Assembly: GCA_020428015.1 (NCBI GenBank)
Contig: JAGQNQ010000003.1
Span: forward strand, 1 to 39,331
DNA length: 39,331 nt
DNA from: Candidatus Saccharimonadota bacterium
GTDB lineage: Bacteria; Patescibacteriota; Saccharimonadia; Saccharimonadales; SZUA-47
Direction: 5' to 3'
The notes below the pieces were generated by a model. It was not told the DNA's origin. It saw nothing but the letters and a program-made list of their open reading frames with translations, and searched no databases. Position numbers and translations under genes: made by a program. Positions 7,926 to 17,098 of the stretch are shown here, piece after piece (positions within the stretch are counted from its first letter, which is position 1; each line of letters starts with the position of its first letter).

Positions 7926-9834
7926 CAGTTACCCCTTGTGGGATCTGAAGGCCGTTAGTTAACGGGTTCAAAGTCTCTTTACCGTTGGAGTTTGCAGCCC
8001 CTTCAGGTAGCGCCCCGAAGGGCCAAGATTTGTACATATTTAAGTGTAAGTGAGGGCCAAGACTTACTCCGGTGTTGCCGACTTCCCCAATCTGGGTACC
8101 GGCTGATACCGACGCTCCCTCTGAGACACCACTCGAAATGGCACTAAGATGACCGTAGTGGCTCCAGATGCCATTGCCCTGATCAATAACGATTAAGCTG
8201 CCATAAGCAGAATGCCATCCAGCAAAAACAACTGTACCATTTTGCATGGCAATAACCTTCGTTCCAGTAGGTGCGGCTATGTCTATCCCCGAATGGTAGT
8301 AGGACCCGCCACTAACTGTTTTGTGGCGTAAATCAGACCAACAGGAAGTGATTCTTCCGTAGGGAAGCTCATCGACTACTACTGGCCATAGAAGTTGACC
8401 AGAGGCCAAAGCACCGACCCCACAAGTGCTGCTACCAGCAGGGCTATAACCAAAGTAGGCAATGTAAGTCATTGCACCGGGCGGGTTGTCTATGCCAGAA
8501 ACGGTCTCGCCCCAATGTTTCCCACTCGAAGTCACACCGCCTTTATTGCCGCTCGTACCAACAGGTCGTTCCATGCCTACGCCGTCAGGCCCTAAATGAT
8601 TTTCATCATACAAATTCATTACATATGGAGCGATTCCCGGCTCCCAAGGACCCCCCTCCTCCACAGGAACGTTTTTATATAAGTAACCTCGGTGGTATGC
8701 TAAAAATGCATATTGCAAATCCTGAAAGCTCATATTTGCGGAAACTGTAACGTTATATACACCTTTTGCATTACCTTCAAAAATTTTATAAGCAGCTTCT
8801 CCGCTCTCGAGGAGAGTTTGCGGAGTATTATTTGTATCTACAGCTTTTTGGCCCAGGGGTTCTCCCCCAAGCATAGAGCGATTTGGGTCTGCGCCCGCCT
8901 CACGAAAATGAAGTGCTCCAAAAACTTGCCAAGGAATGCCGAATTCAGAAGATAGCTCTTCATATACTGATTTGTTTTGGGTAACTCTTTCCTCAAGGCC
9001 GCTTAATCGTTGTTTAGCAATTTCTGGTAAAGCAGACCCAGACGCTGTAGAAGTAGAAGTTTCACTTAAGTTTCTACCTACAGCACTTTGTATTATCGAG
9101 ATAAGCAGTTTTGTACCTTCAGGTATACTCGGATGTATTTTGTCAGAATCCATTAAAGGTGAAGTAACCCCAGTACTTATTGAATCTGGAGTTGAGTCTG
9201 ACGGGTATACATAAGAGAAAAAGTCCGCGATTGTATAGTTATATCTACTTTCGTCAGCATATTTCATTATTGCAGCATTTGCTTTTCCAGCAGAGTCAGC
9301 GATAGCTTGAGTGGAGTTAGCGCTAGTATTGACCCAAACAACTCTAGTGGTCTTGATGGAATTTAGTTTATCTAAAAATTCAGGAATTTTTTTATCATAA
9401 TTATCGGAGTTGGTCCCGAGAACAACCACTACTGTACCAGCTAGTCTAATTTTGTCGGCATCTGCATCTAGGGCCTCAAGGGCGTTTTGTGATTTCTGAC
9501 CTCCTCCAGATATTGATCGTCCAACAGAACTATTGCTACCAGTGACAGTAATTCCTGAATCTTCGAAAGTTGTTTGAATATTCGGTGAAACTGACTCCAT
9601 ACGAGCTAACCATGAGTCGCCAATAAAGTACACTCCTTCAGTAGAAATAGTAGCATCACTGCTACATGTTTGTGGATCTTGTGGATCTCTATAATCTAGG
9701 CCTTTGTTTATAGAATCAATGTCTCTTTGAGTCAGAGGCAGTAGAGCGCTTACAGAAGGCTGGAAAATATAAATATTGATAACAATAAGCAAGAACAAGG
9801 TAAGAATTTTATTTAATATTTTATTGCTTTTCAT
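7867..9834 (-). CDS. Secreted multi-domain cell-wall hydrolase: SGNH/GDSL esterase domain, unassigned middle domain, C-terminal M23 (LytM-type) peptidase
   Basis: Signal/anchor MKSNKILNKILTLFLLIVINIYIF. SGNH blocks: FIGDSW (block I), VVLGTNSDN (III), DKIHPS (V). M23 motifs: HSGIDIAAP (HxxxD) and GPHLHLN (HxH). Start ATG 9834 has a perfect GGAGG SD and lies 5 nt after the upstream stop; the track's 9870 start is rejected. Confidence 0.8.
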   Translation of the reverse strand: MKSNKILNKILTLFLLIVINIYIFQPSVSALLPLTQRDIDSINKGLDYRDPQDPQTCSSDATISTEGVYFIGDSWLARMESVSPNIQTTFEDSGITVTGSNSSVGRSISGGGQKSQNALEALDADADKIRLAGTVVVVLGTNSDNYDKKIPEFLDKLNSIKTTRVVWVNTSANSTQAIADSAGKANAAIMKYADESRYNYTIADFFSYVYPSDSTPDSISTGVTSPLMDSDKIHPSIPEGTKLLISIIQSAVGRNLSETSTSTASGSALPEIAKQRLSGLEERVTQNKSVYEELSSEFGIPWQVFGALHFREAGADPNRSMLGGEPLGQKAVDTNNTPQTLLESGEAAYKIFEGNAKGVYNVTVSANMSFQDLQYAFLAYHRGYLYKNVPVEEGGPWEPGIAPYVMNLYDENHLGPDGVGMERPVGTSGNKGGVTSSGKHWGETVSGIDNPPGAMTYIAYFGYSPAGSSTCGVGALASGQLLWPVVVDELPYGRITSCWSDLRHKTVSGGSYYHSGIDIAAPTGTKVIAMQNGTVVFAGWHSAYGSLIVIDQGNGIWSHYGHLSAISSGVSEGASVSAGTQIGEVGNTGVSLGPHLHLNMYKSWPFGALPEGAANSNGKETLNPLTNGLQIPQGVTDEAGCSNWPNGGREVNIAL

Positions 9835-9839
9835 AAATC

Positions 9840-12800
9840 TTAACCTCCGGTTGTTGAGAGGTGCCACCACTCACAACCCCCTTCATCTTTTCCGCCTCTT
9901 ATCTCAGTCCCATCTGAGTTAGAGCCTACGCACTGAAGAAGTAAACCAAACTTGTTGGAGTTTGCCGCAACCCATTCAAGACAAGGATATTGACCAACAC
10001 CGCTTAGGAAGCTTTCCCTTCCCCTACCGTTTCCAGCCACGTAACTTTTACCGCCTCCTTGACAACTTATATCAACAGCAGCACCATACTGATGATTTGA
10101 GTATCCAGGTTTCGCATATGTGCCTGCTCCAGCTCCACCTGCGTATCCTCTAATCTGGGACGCCATATCCCTAAATCCATATGTTCCTCTAAATGTATAT
10201 CCAGCTGCCTCCATTGCATTGAATAAATCGTCATAAGCCTTTGCTACTACTGAGTTAATTTCAACGCCGTGAACGCTGCACAGAGTTATGGAGTATTTTG
10301 TGCCCTTTATATATGCTTCTGGCTCAATCCTTAGGAAGCCGATAGTCGGGCTTTGCGGACAAGGAATTTTGTCTGTATTCTTGGGCTCAAGAGGTACCCC
10401 AGCTATTAGATCAGTTGGGACAGTATTAGACCCAGACCCTGTACCAATAGCGCTGGAACTATCAAGGTCAAAAATTTTTGTTAGTGAGTCTACTACTACA
10501 TCGTCTAGCAAACATGGATTTGATTTAGTGTAGATTTTCTCTCCTGTTTTAGAGTCAGTCCTAGCGCTTGATTCACGGTCGTGTTCATACTGCGAACACC
10601 TCTCGGGAGTTAATGTATCTGGGTCAACTGATAGTGCCTGGTCGTCAACGGCAAAACCATATTGTGTTACATCAAAAAGGCTAGAACGGTCAATATCGCT
10701 AAATGCTGAGGTCTTCTTATGGAGCCCAAATAGTGAAGATAATGTATCTATAAAACCAAGGTTAGTTAACCCGATACTGATAGACTCGCCTTGAAATGGT
10801 ATGGATTCACCGATTGCCATAAGGCCAGAGGTAGCTAGAGAATATGTATTATTTAGGCTAAAATATCTTTCAAAAACACTTTCAGTTTTTAGCATTTCAG
10901 CATTGTTTTTTGCAATTTCTACGTCTAGTTGAGTCTGTTGCGCGGAAGATAAAACCGTCCCGCCAAGGCCCACAGTCTCACCAGTTTCTGGGTCTTTATA
11001 ACCCTTAGCAAAAGAATTGGAGATAACATCAAGGGATCCCCCAAATTGGGTAGCCAATTTATAACCTCCAGCAGCAGCATCTAGACTAGAAGTGAAGACG
11101 ACTTTACTTATATTTTCAAACGCCCATATTGCAATTCTTCCTACTTGATCGGTAATATAGTCTATACCGTCGCCTACTATCGGGATATCTTGCAGGAAAG
11201 ACAGTAATGTACTGGCTATTCCAGAGATAGCCCAGTTTATACCTTTTAGCGCGCCATGTACTATGGGTTGAATCTTTGAACCAGGGGTACATCCAACGTA
11301 AGGTATGGGTAGGAAGCATTTATTATAGATATCTAAAGTAAGTTTTAAGGGTGGGAAATAATTTTTTAAAGCTTTCCATCCATCTTCAATAAAGCTACCG
11401 GGGTTTACTGTTAGTTCAGGGCAAACCAGGGGGTCGTCTTCGCCCTGTAATATCTTGCCATCTTCACATTCATTTACGCTTTTCGGCGAAATATTATTAA
11501 TCGACTGCCATAATCGACTTTTGTCATAACCAAAAAATTTTTGGACAACTGCTCCCTTGTCTTCAAGTGCTGACTCTGAGGATATAGCATCGTCACCAGC
11601 AACTAGCCAAGCCTGCCCATAGTCTGCCAGAGCCTGTTCTCGTAGTTGCTTTGCATATCCGCTTATTACACCTTTGTTTATTTTCTTATCTACCTGATCT
11701 ATCATGTCTAGTACCGATGCCGCCAAATAAACCTGACCTACTATGGGGACGCTGGATGCCGCGGCTTTGGACGCTGCTTCAGCGTCATATTCAAAAAATT
11801 TCTCAAGTATAATAGCAGTCATTTTTTTAGCTATATAGTCTGACATGCTTGAAGCTCCCAGATCTTCAATATCTTTCGCAATTTTTTCAACACTTTCTTT
11901 CCCGGCTTTTTCTACAATTTCTTGTGCGGCTTTTGACGCTTCTCGTTCAATCTTATCTGGGCTACAGTCTGTTGCAAAACAAAGTAAGTATACAGCCGAC
12001 TTTGAACTTATCGGGCTAGCCACTCGGTTTATTAACTTGTATTCAAGTTTCTTCAAGGCACTTATCTTTATATCGCTGATTTCGTCTTTTTTAGCACAGG
12101 CGATAATGCACCATTTACTTGCTTTATATTTTGATGCGAGCAGGCTTCGCAAGTGTCTTCTTTTAATAACGCCATCGAATTCAGTGTCTTGTTTCATTAT
12201 TTTAACAACTTCTTTGCCTACGGTATTCCGTCCGTATGTGCCAACTTCTCCCTTAACGCCAAAACTATTTGTTTTAAATACCTTAATCTTGTTTTTGTCC
12301 CTCGTGTCTAGTTCAAACGACAAACCATGATTATTAAAAAGTCGATCTTCTATTTTTCCATTTTTCCAGCTTCTGTAGAGTTTAGTTGTCAAAACAGTGC
12401 CGGCAGGGAAACTATTACAGCTAGCATCCACCTTAACGCCACAGGCCTTAGACGGTATAATAATATTCTGTACATACTTATCAACATATGTTTCGACGCG
12501 GGTCTCCAGTGCATAATTAACTCTGTTCATGAAAGCGTCAGTCATTTTAGTAGTCATTTGTTTTATTATTAGTGTAGGCAAAAAAGCAACTGCACCAAAT
12601 ACACTGACAACCAGCACAAGTATCCCAAGGGTAATGGCGGTCTTTTTCTTGTTTGATTTTCCCTTTCCAGAAATATATCTAGGGTTATTGTTCTCGCCAT
12701 CTGTTTCTTCATCAGTATCGTTCAGTGCGTCTTCCTCGCTACTAGATGCGGTTTCATTGCCGTCTTTTGTTGATGCTCTAGCTTCTCTTTCCGGGACTTC

Positions 12801-13076
12801 ACTCTCTTGCACGTCTTGAATAGTTTCGTCTGTGGCGTCACCTTGAAGAAACTCTGGCCTTATATCTTCCGAGCCAAAAGGTGCCGACGAATCTTCATCT
12901 CCACTTGCATCATCTGGTGAAACTGGTTCATCTGCTCGATCACCACTAGCAAAGTTACTTCTTTTTGTAGGGCTATTTAAAATAGGTGATTTCGAATAAG
13001 GGTTAAGCCTAGAGACTGACTTTCTGGAGAATTTTACATTATAACGGCGTCGTCCACCTGGGAGTTTTGTTGCCAT
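9840..13076 (-). CDS. Large (1078-aa) membrane-anchored protein with C-terminal VanY/M15B-type (LAS-family) peptidoglycan peptidase domain
   Basis: An acidic, low-complexity N-terminus is followed by one TM helix (AITLGILVLVVSVFGAVAFLPTLII) and a ~750-aa unassigned ectodomain. The C-terminal part has SNHQYGAAVDI (H-x6-D) and EWWHLS, as in VanY / D-Ala-D-Ala carboxypeptidase-like zinc peptidases. Confidence 0.75.
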   Translation of the reverse strand: MATKLPGGRRRYNVKFSRKSVSRLNPYSKSPILNSPTKRSNFASGDRADEPVSPDDASGDEDSSAPFGSEDIRPEFLQGDATDETIQDVQESEVPEREARASTKDGNETASSSEEDALNDTDEETDGENNNPRYISGKGKSNKKKTAITLGILVLVVSVFGAVAFLPTLIIKQMTTKMTDAFMNRVNYALETRVETYVDKYVQNIIIPSKACGVKVDASCNSFPAGTVLTTKLYRSWKNGKIEDRLFNNHGLSFELDTRDKNKIKVFKTNSFGVKGEVGTYGRNTVGKEVVKIMKQDTEFDGVIKRRHLRSLLASKYKASKWCIIACAKKDEISDIKISALKKLEYKLINRVASPISSKSAVYLLCFATDCSPDKIEREASKAAQEIVEKAGKESVEKIAKDIEDLGASSMSDYIAKKMTAIILEKFFEYDAEAASKAAASSVPIVGQVYLAASVLDMIDQVDKKINKGVISGYAKQLREQALADYGQAWLVAGDDAISSESALEDKGAVVQKFFGYDKSRLWQSINNISPKSVNECEDGKILQGEDDPLVCPELTVNPGSFIEDGWKALKNYFPPLKLTLDIYNKCFLPIPYVGCTPGSKIQPIVHGALKGINWAISGIASTLLSFLQDIPIVGDGIDYITDQVGRIAIWAFENISKVVFTSSLDAAAGGYKLATQFGGSLDVISNSFAKGYKDPETGETVGLGGTVLSSAQQTQLDVEIAKNNAEMLKTESVFERYFSLNNTYSLATSGLMAIGESIPFQGESISIGLTNLGFIDTLSSLFGLHKKTSAFSDIDRSSLFDVTQYGFAVDDQALSVDPDTLTPERCSQYEHDRESSARTDSKTGEKIYTKSNPCLLDDVVVDSLTKIFDLDSSSAIGTGSGSNTVPTDLIAGVPLEPKNTDKIPCPQSPTIGFLRIEPEAYIKGTKYSITLCSVHGVEINSVVAKAYDDLFNAMEAAGYTFRGTYGFRDMASQIRGYAGGAGAGTYAKPGYSNHQYGAAVDISCQGGGKSYVAGNGRGRESFLSGVGQYPCLEWVAANSNKFGLLLQCVGSNSDGTEIRGGKDEGGCEWWHLSTTGG

Positions 13077-13101
13077 AGAAAATATCTAGCGCCCTCTTTA
13101 T

Positions 13102-15012
13102 TTATTGTTGCAACTGTACGGTATCATTATACCCTGTTTGTTCTAAATTTACTGCTTGCGCAGGTCCTCGATTTTGCGCTCGATTCGGATCAGTTGTTAT
13201 GAGTTCAGTTTCGGTTGGACTAGCAGCAATTTGAATATGCACATGGTTTTGTCCTGCAAAGAATAAGCCTTGTCCTACCGGGAACTGACTCAGGCGTTTC
13301 TTTTCTTCACTTGTGAGCTTGAAGACGTCACTTAGTACATCAACCGCTGACGGCGACTGCTTCAGCAGGATTTGCATACTGGCGTTAGCCACAATTGCCC
13401 TACCCATGCGTGATCCCATGAAGTCCTCGACATCCTGGGTGATAGTCGTGATACCTAGGTTATATTTACGTGCACGTTTAGCCAGACTGAATAAGAAGTT
13501 GGCAGAGTCTTCGTATTTCATTAGCTGCCACGCCTCATCCACGATTAATATGCGTTTTTTTTGGTCTGTCTTGGTCTTGTTCCAAATGTAGTTTAAAACG
13601 ATATACATGGCAACTGGTCGTAGCTCGTCCTCCAGATCTCGAACGTTAAATACTACCAGTGGGTTGTTTATGTCGATATTGCTCGGTTGACTAAAGATGC
13701 CCGCAAATGTTCCCGTTGTATATTTTCGCAGACGCTGAGCAAGTTGTGGCCCGGTACCACCCATGTGGAGGAGTGTGTCGTAAAGATGTGCTATGGTTGG
13801 TGCTGGTGATTTATGAGTCAAGGGGTCGTTCGTAATACCGGCTTTCGCATAGGTTTCAATCAGTGCCGCATCAAGATCTGATTCTTCGACTGGTGTAAGT
13901 GTTGGCATAATCGGTCCGTTACCACCCTGGTTTGCCATGGCAGCTTGGGCGCCCCCCATCATCAGCCTGAGTAGACCATGAAGGGTTATAAGGTTGCTGC
14001 GCAAAGCGTTATCACTTTCTTCTGGATCGGTCACATTCGGTAGATCAAAGGGGTTTATTCGTGTATTACTGTTGAGCGACAAGCGGACGTATGCTCCGCC
14101 AACCGCATCACACATGCGTTGGTATTCGTTTTCAGGATCGATTATGAATACTTCGGTACCAAACATCATGCTGCGTAGTGCTTCTAATTTCACCGTGAAA
14201 CTTTTACCCGCTCCAGATTTTGCAAATACCACTGAGTTGCCATTTTCTAAACTGAATCTGTCAAAGATTACTAACCCAGAGTTGTGCATGTTAATTCCAT
14301 ACATAATCCCCGTATCCTGAGTCAGGTCGGCACTTGTGAACGGAAATGCGGTACTAATTGCGCCTGTGTTCATATTGCGTCGAATCTGTAATTGATCTGT
14401 GAACTGAGGAATTGTTGAGTTAAGTCCTTGTTCTTGTTGGGCACTCGCAGGCTTACTATAGACAAGTTGCTGCGCAAGCACACTTTCAACCTTATGCGAA
14501 ACAAATTCCAGCTCTTCCATAGAACCTCCGTATATCGTGAAATAGAAGCCAAAGCGGAAAAATCGTTCTTCGCCAACTTGCAGCTTATCACGGAGTTCTT
14601 CAGCGTCCTGGATAGCAACTTGCTTTCCTGGGTCACGCACACGACCTTTTTCAGCATCAATCTGTAGTCCAGCCTCAAGTTGACCTACTTTCTTTTTCAG
14701 GTTTTCTAGTACAACTTGACTTTCAACTGGGTAGACAAATAGTGAAATATCAATAATTTCGTCTAGGTTCACCATGCTAGACAGCCAGCCAGTATAAATC
14801 TGTCGGGGATAGCCGTAGACATAGTAAGTACGACCAATGCGTGTACCGATTTTGAACACACTACTTTCAAACTCAAGGCTGGCGGGTGCAATAAAGTCAC
14901 GAAGTGCTGTTATTCCCTTCTGGAAGGCAGCCTGAACCTCAAGCTGTTCTCGAACCGCTTGGGCTTGGGCCTGGGCTATTGGATCTAACTTTTCTTTTCT
15001 GCCGAATGCCAT
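13102..15012 (-). CDS. virB4: VirB4/TrsE-type T4SS ATPase
   Basis: 636-aa ORF with Walker A VFAKSGAGKSFTVK and Walker B KRILIVDEAWQL. The Gram-positive VirB4-like N-terminal region reads RTYYVYGYPRQIYTGWLSSM...IDISLFVYP. Confidence 0.88.
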   Translation of the reverse strand: MAFGRKEKLDPIAQAQAQAVREQLEVQAAFQKGITALRDFIAPASLEFESSVFKIGTRIGRTYYVYGYPRQIYTGWLSSMVNLDEIIDISLFVYPVESQVVLENLKKKVGQLEAGLQIDAEKGRVRDPGKQVAIQDAEELRDKLQVGEERFFRFGFYFTIYGGSMEELEFVSHKVESVLAQQLVYSKPASAQQEQGLNSTIPQFTDQLQIRRNMNTGAISTAFPFTSADLTQDTGIMYGINMHNSGLVIFDRFSLENGNSVVFAKSGAGKSFTVKLEALRSMMFGTEVFIIDPENEYQRMCDAVGGAYVRLSLNSNTRINPFDLPNVTDPEESDNALRSNLITLHGLLRLMMGGAQAAMANQGGNGPIMPTLTPVEESDLDAALIETYAKAGITNDPLTHKSPAPTIAHLYDTLLHMGGTGPQLAQRLRKYTTGTFAGIFSQPSNIDINNPLVVFNVRDLEDELRPVAMYIVLNYIWNKTKTDQKKRILIVDEAWQLMKYEDSANFLFSLAKRARKYNLGITTITQDVEDFMGSRMGRAIVANASMQILLKQSPSAVDVLSDVFKLTSEEKKRLSQFPVGQGLFFAGQNHVHIQIAASPTETELITTDPNRAQNRGPAQAVNLEQTGYNDTVQLQQ

Positions 15013-15032
15013 CTAGTTATCTCCCCAATACA

Positions 15033-15857
15033 TCATGCCGGTAGATCCTTATCTAGGTTTGGATTAGCTGCTTCGCCCAGCCCTTTTGTCACTACTGGTG
15101 CGTCAAGCCCTGAAAAATTCTTCATCTTTTGGCGTGTCGCGGTGTCTGGGTTATAAGCATCGTAGTACAGCTCTATCAATTCCTGGGTATCCAGGGGTAG
15201 TGATTGGACCTGGCACTGCTGCAAACCGGCCATGACTGCTTGAATACGATTTTTAAGCTCAGTTTTTGCTTGTTCTAGATCGTTTTCATTGATAACTACA
15301 CGCTGTTCCTTATTGCCGAGGATAGTTGAAAAGAAACCCTTGCTCGCTTTTACTACTTTTTGTGTGTCAACAACTGGCTCGAAAGGAATCACAACGTAAA
15401 ACTTCTTGTCCATGATATTCGTCTGCTGCGCTACGGCATCCATGTAGTTTATGTAGTCTTCCATAAGGAGCGCAAGCAGCATATTATCGTGCTCGGAGCG
15501 AATTTTGTCTAGTTTATCGATATAAGGTCTTAAGTCTACTTTCTGGGAGCGAACAAAAATCTGAATTGGAAAATACAGAGAGTTCAGGAACCCTTGATAT
15601 GCGTATTCAACAGCTTCACGTTCCTGACCGCTCATTAAATCAAAGTTTATACTTTGGCACATCATGACCGCACGAAACGTACCATCATTTAATATGACAA
15701 TACCATCACGAATTTCAGCAATTTCTAGTGCGTTTTGGGTACTTATTTTATTTACGGGCAAACCTGGAGTTGCGACGGGAGGACCTGCCTGCCCCGGCAT
15801 TTGCGGGATGGCCGTCTGAGGATTTGCTGCCTGTTGGTTCGGGTTCAATGGATCCAC
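15033..15857 (-). CDS. Unknown T4SS-associated protein; resembles a free-standing VirB4/TrbE N-terminal domain (weak)
   Basis: 274-aa ORF with a Pro/Gln-rich N-terminus, then IAEIRDGIVILNDGTFRAVMMCQSINFDLMSGQEREAV..PIQIFVRSQKVDL. This pattern is typical of the N-terminal part of VirB4/TrbE proteins. The gene sits directly upstream of virB4. Confidence 0.45.
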   Translation of the reverse strand: MDPLNPNQQAANPQTAIPQMPGQAGPPVATPGLPVNKISTQNALEIAEIRDGIVILNDGTFRAVMMCQSINFDLMSGQEREAVEYAYQGFLNSLYFPIQIFVRSQKVDLRPYIDKLDKIRSEHDNMLLALLMEDYINYMDAVAQQTNIMDKKFYVVIPFEPVVDTQKVVKASKGFFSTILGNKEQRVVINENDLEQAKTELKNRIQAVMAGLQQCQVQSLPLDTQELIELYYDAYNPDTATRQKMKNFSGLDAPVVTKGLGEAANPNLDKDLPA

Positions 15858-15867
15858 CTGTCCTTAC

Positions 15868-17076
15868 TTAATGTAATGATATAACGACTTCGCCTTCATC
15901 AGGCATATCTTTTTTAGCCTGACGAGCGAGCGTCTCAACGTTTAAATCGTCGTTACCGGATAGTGCCAGTATAGCAGGATCTACAGGGGTTGTGCTAGTG
16001 CCTGCAGGGTCACTTATAGCTTTATCGCTGGCAGGGTCATCTTGTGCTTGTGAGCTGCTTTGTCCGTCGTCCTGGACAGCTGAGAGTGGCTGAATTGTTT
16101 TTAGATGAGTGTGTTGTTTCATCGAGGCTTCCTGCGCCTGCTTAGAGTGGACTTTTTCAAGTAACTTTGCTTCATCTTCTGCTTTGATTGTGGGTTGCGA
16201 GACGCCCATACCCATAGTCGAGGTCTCTTTTGTACCCGGCGCAACAACACTGTTGCTTTGAAACGAAGCTAGGTTTGGATCACGAGGCTTCTCTGGTTCG
16301 TTGAGAAACCATAGGTCTTGTGGGTTAACCCCTTTTTCTTTTTTGGGATGCTTCTTCTTTGCTTCTTGTGTTTCTGCAACAGCGGGCAGCGGGATATCTT
16401 CATCGGTTTTATGTACAGATGTTGCCTGGCGTGCTTGCTCAATCATGTTAAGCGTGTCTTGTTTGTGTTTTTGCTCAGACTGCTGAATGAGCGTACTGAA
16501 CTGATCTGTGATTGCATTATGTTCGTCCATGACATCAACAGTGCTCGCTAATATTTGGTCATTTTCATCTGGTGTACGTTCTGTTGCCGCAACTAGCCGG
16601 TCGGATTGCTCTTCATCTGTATATGCGGCTATGTTTTTTACTGCCCAGCCACGGGTGTCGACGACACTCGCCAAAGCATTCACGCGGCTATATACCTGAT
16701 CGTGGCTCAGTCCGTCGCTATAGACTTTCTCTTCTCTTTTTGGAACGGTGACTTCGACAAGGTCTTTGATGCCCGTCTGATCCCATATTCGTCTGCGCGG
16801 GACCAGGAAAAAACGAATACGTGCCGCGAGCCATATTTCAGTCGGCTGGTCTTTACTCCATGGAAAGGCCAGGATAGCAAAAAAAGCAAAGACAGGTAGT
16901 AAAAGCGCCACGCCAATCCAAATACTTTTGGTCGCAAATATAAATAGGATGTAGCCTGAAATAGCCGCTCCACCAGCAAACAAGAACTGCTTGAACGTCA
17001 GAGGCCCAAGAAACTTGTCCTCAGCCTCAACATCTTGTGGTACTTTATACCCCGCCATACCGGTTAAGTATAACAT
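15868..17076 (-). CDS. PrgI-family (VirB3-like) membrane protein with a long acidic/Gln-rich C-terminal extension
   Basis: The N-terminus (M)AGYKVPQDVEAEDKFLGPLTFKQFLF is followed by two TM helices (AAISGYILFIFATKSIWIGVALLLPVFAFFAILAF), as in PrgI/VirB3-like proteins of Gram-positive conjugation systems. ATG 17058 is an alternative start. Confidence 0.55.
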   Translation of the reverse strand: MLYLTGMAGYKVPQDVEAEDKFLGPLTFKQFLFAGGAAISGYILFIFATKSIWIGVALLLPVFAFFAILAFPWSKDQPTEIWLAARIRFFLVPRRRIWDQTGIKDLVEVTVPKREEKVYSDGLSHDQVYSRVNALASVVDTRGWAVKNIAAYTDEEQSDRLVAATERTPDENDQILASTVDVMDEHNAITDQFSTLIQQSEQKHKQDTLNMIEQARQATSVHKTDEDIPLPAVAETQEAKKKHPKKEKGVNPQDLWFLNEPEKPRDPNLASFQSNSVVAPGTKETSTMGMGVSQPTIKAEDEAKLLEKVHSKQAQEASMKQHTHLKTIQPLSAVQDDGQSSSQAQDDPASDKAISDPAGTSTTPVDPAILALSGNDDLNVETLARQAKKDMPDEGEVVISLH

Positions 17077-17098
17077 TTATCTTGGACGCGGGCTTGTG

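Noticed and set aside
12640-12700. P-loop-like GKGKS in the N-terminal region of the 1078-aa protein, as a hint of a hidden coupling ATPase
   Set aside because: It does not fit GxxxxGK[ST], lies in a low-complexity basic stretch just before the TM helix, and has no Walker B partner.
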